A DNA stretch of 64,000 nt, taken from the NCBI GenBank assembly GCA_032110905.1, contig JAULVS010000033.1:214-64213 (forward strand), written 5' to 3'. The translations under genes and the position numbers were made by a program. The DNA is from Chitinophagaceae bacterium (lineage in GTDB: Bacteria > Bacteroidota > Bacteroidia > Chitinophagales > Chitinophagaceae). The notes under the pieces are model-generated. The model did not search any database. It was given only the letters and a program-made list of their open reading frames with translations, and was not told where the DNA came from. Each line of letters begins with the position of its first letter. Position 1 is the first letter of the stretch. Shown here piece by piece: positions 56,820 to 64,000 of the stretch.

Positions 56820-59306
56820 ATGCCAAAAGCATTTTTCTTTCTTACATTTTTTTCCCTTTCTTCTTTATTAATTAATGCTCAGACCCGAACTTGGGATGGA
56901 GGAGGAGATGGCGTAAACTGGGGTGATGCAAATAATTGGAGTAGCAACATTTTACCAACTGCAGGCGCAAGTATTCCTTATGGGTATAACGTAACTGTAA
57001 ATGGTGATTTCAATTGTTCTTCTGTTACATTTATTGGTACTGGATCTATCGGAACAACTTCAACATTGCAGATTAATTCAGGAAATACCCTAACTGTTTC
57101 GGGCGCGATTACAATGAATCACCTTGCATCTGGTACTGCAACAGCAAATATTCAAGGATTAGGAACAATTAGTGTTGGCTCCATTACAATAGGTCCCAAT
57201 TTGGGAAATCCCTTTTTATCAGCAAGTGGGATTACAAAAATGAATACAAATATTGCGAATTTTATTTGTAATGGAGATTTAGTAATCAGATCATATCATG
57301 ATAGTCCCGATAATGCGAATGCTGCTTTTTCCTTACAGAGTGGAACCTTTACAATTGGTGGTATTATTACTCCTTTCGTCTCAACAAGTACTGGACAAAC
57401 TGTATATTTTTTAATGAATGAAGGTACTCAGAGTGGAACATTAGTTCTGAATAATGTAGACCCCTGGACAGGAGATATAGATTTTACTACTTCTTCCGGC
57501 TGGGGAACAAACAGTACGGCAAGTGCTGTAACATATAATTTGAATTTAAATGGGTCCAACGCAACTGTAGTTTACAATAGAAACGGAAATCAGACAATAA
57601 ATAAAGCTCGTTCAGGGGCATCTGGAACAGTTGCTGTTACATATCGCAATCTCACTCTTACAGGTTCAGGAAATAAATCACTCCCTTCTACTTCCTCTGC
57701 AACCATCACAGGCACACTTTCTTTTCAAGGTACGGCTGTTATGACAACAACGAATCCTACTTATGCTTCAGGAAGCACCCTCGAATACAAAGGTTCAACT
57801 GCGCAAACCACCACAGGATTTGAGTTTCTCACCGGTGCAATTGCTCCTTCAAATATCATCATTGATAATCCGCTTGGTGTTACTCTTCATGCAGCCAGAA
57901 CTCTTCGTAGTTCAGGCGTCAATTCTATTACGTTAAGAAATGGCGCTTTCAATAATATCTCATTTAATGTAACAATGGCTTCCGGTTCAACCATCATCAG
58001 AGGTGGTGGGAGTTTTCAATCAACGCCTTTGTTTCCGGCTTCTGTGAACCTGACTTATGAGCAAACAAGTTCGAATATTACTTCTTTATTAGAAGTGCCT
58101 ACTACTACAGGTACATTATCAAACCTTACAATCAACAATACCAATGGTGTGACTTTTAACAGAGATGCAACGATTAATGGCACATTAACTTTAACAAATG
58201 GTGTTCTTACTCTAAATCCAGGATATGTTATGCACATAGCTTCAGGAAATCAGATTGCAGGAACAGGGTTTGGATTATTAAAACATATTATTACAGAAAA
58301 AGATGCTATTAGTGGAGCCATCGCATATATCAGAACAGGATCATTTACAGGATCCCGAACATTTCCATTGGGCGAGGGTAACTATTATATGCCTGCAACA
58401 TTAAGTTCGACAGGATCCAATGATTTCAATGTGGCGGTTTTCAGCGGAGCAGCATCAAATGGTGAACCTAACGGATCTGCTTTCAATAATCTTAGTCCTA
58501 TCGTAAATGCCAACTGGATCATTAACCGAAATGCAGGTTCAACTGCAACCGATATTACTTTTTCTTGGAGTGAAAGCTTAGAAGGGGGTGCGTTCAGTGC
58601 TGCCGCTGACAATGAAATAGGTATATCCAGGTATGATGGTTCTAACTGGGATGCAATCACCGGTATAAACGGAGATAATTCAGCAAATACCGTTACACGC
58701 ACCGGTGTTAATACATTTTCTCCGTTTATCGTAGCTGTCATAAATACACCGCTTCCTCTGAAATTCGGCCCTGTTACCGCATCCCGTATCGGTATACAAC
58801 AGGTGAAAGTCGACTGGAAAGTGTATGAAGAGTCGGATGTTCTTTCTTATGAAGTTCAGCGTTCAGAAAATGGGGCATCGTTTAAATCCATCAACTCTGT
58901 TTTTACATCAGGGGTTACTCTGGCTGAAAAACAATATTCATCTATAGATCTAAATGCAGGGAACGGAACATTATTCTACCGTATTCGCGCTGTTGAATCA
59001 AACGGAAAATTTGTTTACAGCCCTATTATAAAAGTTTCCGCAAGCGACAAAAAAGGATGGTCTGTTTATCCAAACCCTGTACAAAAAGGGAAAAATATAT
59101 TTCTGGAAATGTCACTCCCTACAGGAGACTATACACTGGAGCTGGTTGATATGAAGGGTAGTAAAATTCAAGCTTATGTTTTTGCAGGTATGTCCGGACA
59201 AATAACCAGAAGTATCCAATTGCCGAATGAAACAAATCCAGGCACTTACTTCCTTCGCTTGTCTGGTGATGGATTTAATGAGACCAGGATGATTGTGGTT
59301 CAGTAA
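56820..59306 (+). CDS. large T/S/G/N-rich surface protein with T9SS type-A CTD
   Basis: Signal peptide; RTWDGGGDGVNWGDANNWS; beta-helix-like repeats; PLPL...YEVQRSENG...YRIR Ig-like domain; VYPNPV CTD. Confidence 0.85.
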   Translation: MPKAFFFLTFFSLSSLLINAQTRTWDGGGDGVNWGDANNWSSNILPTAGASIPYGYNVTVNGDFNCSSVTFIGTGSIGTTSTLQINSGNTLTVSGAITMNHLASGTATANIQGLGTISVGSITIGPNLGNPFLSASGITKMNTNIANFICNGDLVIRSYHDSPDNANAAFSLQSGTFTIGGIITPFVSTSTGQTVYFLMNEGTQSGTLVLNNVDPWTGDIDFTTSSGWGTNSTASAVTYNLNLNGSNATVVYNRNGNQTINKARSGASGTVAVTYRNLTLTGSGNKSLPSTSSATITGTLSFQGTAVMTTTNPTYASGSTLEYKGSTAQTTTGFEFLTGAIAPSNIIIDNPLGVTLHAARTLRSSGVNSITLRNGAFNNISFNVTMASGSTIIRGGGSFQSTPLFPASVNLTYEQTSSNITSLLEVPTTTGTLSNLTINNTNGVTFNRDATINGTLTLTNGVLTLNPGYVMHIASGNQIAGTGFGLLKHIITEKDAISGAIAYIRTGSFTGSRTFPLGEGNYYMPATLSSTGSNDFNVAVFSGAASNGEPNGSAFNNLSPIVNANWIINRNAGSTATDITFSWSESLEGGAFSAAADNEIGISRYDGSNWDAITGINGDNSANTVTRTGVNTFSPFIVAVINTPLPLKFGPVTASRIGIQQVKVDWKVYEESDVLSYEVQRSENGASFKSINSVFTSGVTLAEKQYSSIDLNAGNGTLFYRIRAVESNGKFVYSPIIKVSASDKKGWSVYPNPVQKGKNIFLEMSLPTGDYTLELVDMKGSKIQAYVFAGMSGQITRSIQLPNETNPGTYFLRLSGDGFNETRMIVVQ

Positions 59307-59310
59307 TATA

Positions 59311-59375
59311 GTTTTCAGTTAGCAGTTTTCGGTTTTAATAATTAGTAACAAAAAATCTAACTGCTAACTGAAAAC
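59311..59375. terminator. perfect 17-bp inverted repeat built from heptamers between convergent genes (possible bidirectional hairpin)
   Basis: GTTTTCAGTTAGCAGTT (59311-27) / AACTGCTAACTGAAAAC (59359-75). Confidence 0.6.
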
Positions 59376-59377
59376 CT

Positions 59378-60304
59378 CTAACTGGTTTTCAAGTTCAAAA
59401 AAACTTCTGCCATCATACATCTGGCGCTTCCGCCTCCGTTTTTTTCTATGGTGTAAAGAGGGGAGTGGAGTATGGGATTGAAAGATTCAATTTTTTGTAT
59501 TTGGTTTTCATTCAGTGAATGGTAGGCCTGGCTGCTCATTACAAGAAATTTATTTCCTTCTTTGTTTTCAACCTGTAGCATGTTGCCGGCAAAATGATTC
59601 ATCTGTTCATAACCTATCTCGATGATTTCTTTTCCTGTAGATTTAATCTTTGCAATTACTTCTTTTTTTTCTGCCTCATTACGAATACTGTCAAGGCATA
59701 TCACTACATATTGATCAGCAACACACATCATTACATTTGTATGATAGATGTCGTTACTATGCTCATCGACACTGTAAAAAGCACATGCGCTGAAATTCAT
59801 TTTTTCACACCATTCCTCTAATAATTTAAGATCGGTACGTTGTGAAAGACATGCATATGCGATGTTGTTTTGTCTGTCGAGCACCATACTTCCTGTGCCT
59901 TCAAGGAATCTGTCGTTCTCCTCATTTCCTGAAAAATCCAGGGTTGCATTGATCTGGAATTTATTGTGTAAGGCATCCAATACATGCTGCTTTCTTTCTG
60001 CTCTTCGGTTAACGGCATACATTGGATACAAAACAATCGTATCCCCATTGTGAAAACTGATCCAGTTGTTGGGGAAAATACTGTCAGGTGTAACAGGAGT
60101 TGGTGTGTCGTCAATCACGGTTACATCAATGCCGGCACTAGTTAATACTTCCACAAAAGCATCGAATTCAACTTGTGCTTTTTGCTGTACTTCTTTATCA
60201 TTGTTAACCTGTTGAAATGCATTGTTTATTGCGGTCTCTTCGTTGAACTGAAAATTAACCGGACGAATCATCATCAAATAGCAAGTCGTTTGTTTAGGGT
60301 TCAT
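59378..60304 (-). CDS. ctlX: amidinotransferase-family protein (citrulline utilization hydrolase CtlX-like)
   Basis: MMIRPVNF, PDSIFPNNW, FLEGTGSMVLD, YHTNVMM, GGGSARCM. Confidence 0.85.
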   Translation of the reverse strand: MNPKQTTCYLMMIRPVNFQFNEETAINNAFQQVNNDKEVQQKAQVEFDAFVEVLTSAGIDVTVIDDTPTPVTPDSIFPNNWISFHNGDTIVLYPMYAVNRRAERKQHVLDALHNKFQINATLDFSGNEENDRFLEGTGSMVLDRQNNIAYACLSQRTDLKLLEEWCEKMNFSACAFYSVDEHSNDIYHTNVMMCVADQYVVICLDSIRNEAEKKEVIAKIKSTGKEIIEIGYEQMNHFAGNMLQVENKEGNKFLVMSSQAYHSLNENQIQKIESFNPILHSPLYTIEKNGGGSARCMMAEVFLNLKTS

Positions 60305-60473
60305 ATGTAAATAAGTTGATAGTTTTAATTATCATATGTTATGCCCTTAATATTAATCACGGTTGGTATTGATCCGCCGTTATGGGCATTTCATAGGTGC
60401 AAAATTATTACTCCTTTTTTAGTAGGTATTAATTTATATTCTGATAGAGAAAATTTCATCGAATAAAAAGCGC

Positions 60474-61778
60474 TTACTTATATCCGTTATTTTTTGCATA
60501 ATCAAATACAAGGTGACAAAAAGCCTTCACCCCGATATGCAGTTTACTGTCGTCGACAAGAAAATCCGGGGTATGGTGACCTGTAATTTTATCCGGTGCT
60601 GTACCGGCGAACATGCCCCCAAGGTTAAAGAAGAAAGCAGGTGCTTTATCTCCATAGAAACAAAAATCTTCTGCACCGGTGGTCCAGTTGCCTGCAGACA
60701 CATTCTCTTTTCCTCCTGCTGTTATTAAGGAAGGCAAAGAAGCTTCAACTAATTCGGGATTATTATATGTGACTTTGGCTTTGGTTTCAATAATAACTTC
60801 TGCAGTAGCTCCAAATGCTTCTGCAATTTGAGTGGCTGTTCTTTTTATTTTTTCATGAACATCTTTTTGCATGTTTTCATCAAGGGTTCGAATCGTTCCG
60901 CTGAATTCTACTTGTTCGGTGATAATATTCTCTCTTACTCCGCCATTAAATTTACCGACTGTAATTACAACTGGTGCTTTTGTAAGGTCTTCGGAGCGAC
61001 TTACAATTGTCTGCAGGCCGTTGATGATTTGTGCAGAAACCATAATTGGATCTACGCCCAACCAGGGAGCAGAGCCATGCGCGCCTTTCCCTTTTACTGT
61101 AACAGTAAACCAATCACTACTTGCCATAAAGGCACCGCTTTTGTATTTTATTTTTCCGCTTTCAAGACCTGATGAAATATGAAGCCCAAAAATGGCATCT
61201 ACTTTGGGATTATCCATCACACCCTCTTTCACCATCAGTGCAGCACCCCCTTCTTCACCTGCCGGCGCACCTTCTTCTGCAGGCTGGAAAATAAATTTTA
61301 CTGTTCCCGGCAACTCTTTCTTCATCCCTGAAAGGACTTCAGCTGTAGCCATCAGTATTGCAGTATGCGTATCATGTCCGCAGGCATGCATCACTGATAC
61401 TTCCCGACCAAGATAATCTGCTTTCAATTTTGACGCGAAGGGTATAGGTGCTCTTTCCTCAATTGGTAAAGCATCTATGTCAGCCCGCAATGCCACCACC
61501 GGACCCGGTTTACCACCTTTGAGGATTGCAACAACACCTGTTTTTGCCACACCGCTGGTTACTTCAAGGCCGAGTTTTTTCAAATGATCTGCGATATAAG
61601 CCATGGTTTTAAATTCCCTGTTTCCTAGCTCAGGGTTCTGGTGAATATGTCTTCTCCATTCAATTAATTTGGGCAATATCTCTTTGGCGCGCTGATCAAT
61701 TTTGTCAGCGAGGGAAGTTTGAGCAAATCCTTCAGAAAGAAAAAGAAAGGAAAACAGCAAAATGAGCAATGATCGCAT
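60474..61778 (-). CDS. M20 family amidohydrolase (secreted)
   Basis: Signal peptide; RRHIHQNPELG, ALRADIDALP, MHACGHD, FQPAEEG, AEDF, HHTPDF. Confidence 0.9.
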   Translation of the reverse strand: MRSLLILLFSFLFLSEGFAQTSLADKIDQRAKEILPKLIEWRRHIHQNPELGNREFKTMAYIADHLKKLGLEVTSGVAKTGVVAILKGGKPGPVVALRADIDALPIEERAPIPFASKLKADYLGREVSVMHACGHDTHTAILMATAEVLSGMKKELPGTVKFIFQPAEEGAPAGEEGGAALMVKEGVMDNPKVDAIFGLHISSGLESGKIKYKSGAFMASSDWFTVTVKGKGAHGSAPWLGVDPIMVSAQIINGLQTIVSRSEDLTKAPVVITVGKFNGGVRENIITEQVEFSGTIRTLDENMQKDVHEKIKRTATQIAEAFGATAEVIIETKAKVTYNNPELVEASLPSLITAGGKENVSAGNWTTGAEDFCFYGDKAPAFFFNLGGMFAGTAPDKITGHHTPDFLVDDSKLHIGVKAFCHLVFDYAKNNGYK

Positions 61779-61972
61779 GAGAATTATTTTTAATAAAACT
61801 GTAAGTTAGTAAAAGGGGATTGCTTTATGATTATCAGGCCGGCAACTTTTTGCGGCAACCATTGTCTTCGTTGAAATTCTCCCGTTCGCGCCCAGAAATT
61901 GTCATAACATATGTTGTTTGGCGAATTCCCCCTCTTACAATACTTTTGCAAACTTAAAAGCAAGCAATCAAC

Positions 61973-62956
61973 ATGAGAATAATTGCGATGCGTGAAGCCC
62001 TGCGCGAAGCGATGCAGGAAGAAATGCGCAAAGATGACCGAGTTTATTTAATGGGAGAGGAAGTGGCCGAGTACAATGGTGCCTATAAGGTGAGCCAGGG
62101 TATGCTCGATGAATTTGGCGAAAAACGCGTTATTGATACCCCGATTGCTGAATTGGGTTTTACTGCCGTGGCAGTAGGCTCTGCTCAGAACGGTTTGCGT
62201 CCCATTGTTGAGTTTATGACATGGAACTTCGCAGTGCTTGCACTCGATCAGATTCTGAATACAGCTTCCAAAATGCTTGCGATGAGTGGCGGACAGGTTG
62301 GTTGTCCAATCGTATTCAGGGGCGCTAACGGAAGTGCTGGTCAGCTGGGTGCTCAGCACTCTACAGCCTTTGAAAGTTATTATGCAAATATCCCCGGCTT
62401 AAAGGTCATTTCTCCGTCTAATCCTTATGATGCAAAAGGTTTGCTCAAGGCAGCTATTCGTGATGATGATCCGGTTGTTTTTATGGAAAGCGAAGTGATG
62501 TATGGCGATAAAGGTGAAGTGCCTGAAGGAGAATATATTATTGAGATCGGAAAAGCTGATGTGAAAAGACATGGAAGGGATGTGACCATCGTTTCTTTCA
62601 ATAAGATGATGAAGGTAGCACTAGGCGCTGCGGAGGAGTTGGCCAAGGAAGGTATTGAAGCGGAAGTGATTGACCTGCGTACGATTCGTCCGCTCGACTG
62701 GTTTACAATTTTGGAAAGCGTGAAGAAGACAAACAGGCTAGTGATTGTTGAGGAACAGTGGCCTATGTGTTCTGTGTCTTCTGAAATAGCTTACAGAATT
62801 CAGAAAGAAGGATTTGATTATCTCGATGCCCCGGTTCGTCGTATAACAAGCGTTGATGCACCTATGCACTATGCACCCAATCTGGTTGCCGCTTATTTGC
62901 CTGATATACCTCGCACAGTTAAAATAGTGAAAGAGGTGATGTACGTGAAAAAATAA
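61973..62956 (+). CDS. pdhB: pyruvate dehydrogenase E1 beta subunit
   Basis: MGEEVAEYNGAYKVS, DTPIAE, GAQHS, IRDDDPVVFME, DLRTIRPLD; TACTTTTG at 61941-48. Confidence 0.95.
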   Translation: MRIIAMREALREAMQEEMRKDDRVYLMGEEVAEYNGAYKVSQGMLDEFGEKRVIDTPIAELGFTAVAVGSAQNGLRPIVEFMTWNFAVLALDQILNTASKMLAMSGGQVGCPIVFRGANGSAGQLGAQHSTAFESYYANIPGLKVISPSNPYDAKGLLKAAIRDDDPVVFMESEVMYGDKGEVPEGEYIIEIGKADVKRHGRDVTIVSFNKMMKVALGAAEELAKEGIEAEVIDLRTIRPLDWFTILESVKKTNRLVIVEEQWPMCSVSSEIAYRIQKEGFDYLDAPVRRITSVDAPMHYAPNLVAAYLPDIPRTVKIVKEVMYVKK

Positions 62957-62984
62957 GTATAAACTCTTATGATGAATGAATATT

Positions 62985-63007
62985 GCCCCGTATTTCGGGG
63001 CTTTTTT
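62985..63007 (+). terminator. intrinsic terminator after pdhB
   Basis: GCCCCG-tattt-CGGGGC-TTTTTT. Confidence 0.85.
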
Positions 63008-63104
63008 ATTCACATTTTATGAAAAAGGTGTATCCGGACTTTGATTTGTGGAACTTTTCGCCCATCTTTGAAACGGTTTTTCATAGGATATTGGATTTTA
63101 AACG

Positions 63105-63131
63105 AAGCTGGATTTCTATCCGGCTTTTTTT
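63105..63131. terminator. second hairpin with T-run
   Basis: AAGCTGGAT-ttct-ATCCGGCTT-TTTT. Confidence 0.55.
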
Positions 63132-63207
63132 ATTTTATACAAATGATTTCTTTAACGCCGCGGCAATCTTTGATATTGTATTTAAAATCAATCTTTTAGA
63201 AAATATT

Positions 63208-64000
63208 TTACCTGTTTTTCAAGTGGTGCTGTGCTCTTTCCAAGCGATCGTTGATCGCAATTCCAAGTCCGTGAGCTGGTACTTTTTCAACGTAAATTGA
63301 ATCTGGTTTCAATGCATCGAGTTCCCTCAATATGCCAAATAAGTTTCGAGCGGCTTCATCCAACGATCCGGAGGGAGATAAAATGCGCTGACGGTTGGCA
63401 GGAAAGCCTGGATCCATTTCTTTAAACCGGATCAGAAAGCTGTTTTCATTTTTGTTGGAAGTATTACCGATAATCAGGGGCGTATCCGTAGCGTAATGAC
63501 TTTTTAATTGTCCGGGAGTAGCCGGATGGTCTGTGTTGATTTCAGGCAGCAGTAATTTTGTTCCTGTTACTTTTACAATTTTTTCTGCTTCAATACCTCC
63601 GTGTCTGTGAATGATTGCATTCCCTTCCTCATTAAAACCGATGATGGTTGATTCTAGTCCAACCTTACACGAACCGCCATCAAGGACATAGGGTATTTTG
63701 TGTTTTAAATGCTGATAAACATGGTCTGCTGTCGTCGGACTCACATAACCAGAAGGATTGGCACTGGGGGCGGCGAGAGGGAAATCAAGAACATTTAGCA
63801 GCTCCAGGGTTACAGGATGCGCAGGAACCCTAAGGGCAACAAGATTACTTCCCGCGGTAACCAGGTCAGGAACAAGATTTGATTTTGGAAGAAGCAGGGT
63901 AAGTGGCCCTGGCCAGAAAGCTTCAGCAATTTTCAAAGCTGCATCAGGAAAGTATCTGACCCATTTGCGCATTTCTTCTATGCCGGCAAGATGTATGATG
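63208..64000 (-). CDS. L-threonylcarbamoyladenylate synthase (Sua5/TsaC), 5'-truncated by window edge
   Basis: FWPGPLTL, VALRVPAH, LAAPSAN, GLESTII, PGQLKSHYA, AINDRL; frame stays open upstream of the track's Met (IIHLAGIEE). Confidence 0.93.
   Translation of the reverse strand, partial: IIHLAGIEEMRKWVRYFPDAALKIAEAFWPGPLTLLLPKSNLVPDLVTAGSNLVALRVPAHPVTLELLNVLDFPLAAPSANPSGYVSPTTADHVYQHLKHKIPYVLDGGSCKVGLESTIIGFNEEGNAIIHRHGGIEAEKIVKVTGTKLLLPEINTDHPATPGQLKSHYATDTPLIIGNTSNKNENSFLIRFKEMDPGFPANRQRILSPSGSLDEAARNLFGILRELDALKPDSIYVEKVPAHGLGIAINDRLERAQHHLKNR

Noticed and set aside
62983-63300. 105-aa plus-strand ORF after pdhB
   Set aside because: It spans two terminator hairpins and overlaps the sua5 3' end; no coding hallmarks
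2505-63833. Dozens of 60-200 aa ORFs in the track that overlap recognised genes in other frames or strands (e.g. 4313-4666, 21898-22488, 42041-42583, 53657-54106)
   Set aside because: Shadow ORFs of well-supported genes; no family motifs and no independent start signals

Overview
AT-rich chromosomal window from a Bacteroidota genome, most likely Chitinophagaceae-like. This is inferred from TAnnTTTG promoters, T9SS genes, DUF4270, CtlX and a UpxY-family gene. It holds about 50 protein genes and one tRNA-Leu(CAA). Housekeeping and central-metabolism genes dominate: ppc, tsaD, dcd, panBCD, ppk1/ppx, metK, pyk, pfkA, pdhB, sua5. No prophage, integrase, IS or CRISPR was seen. Points of interest: (1) a UpxY/NusG-paralog heads a glycogen/maltodextrin operon (glgA-glgC-MFS-GH13-glgB); (2) beside it lies a five-gene amidoligase/hydrolase cluster of unknown product (GATase, circularly permuted ATP-grasp, YbdK-type ligase, RimK-like ATP-grasp, esterase); (3) a ~170-bp structured mini-element is bounded by a degenerate copy of the tRNA-Leu 3' end and followed by a higBA-like toxin-antitoxin pair; (4) strand-polarised 7-bp (GTTnnnn/nnnnAAC) and 8-bp (AGWCnnnn) periodic tracts occur in many intergenic spacers. 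All calls come from manual motif recognition; no database search was run.
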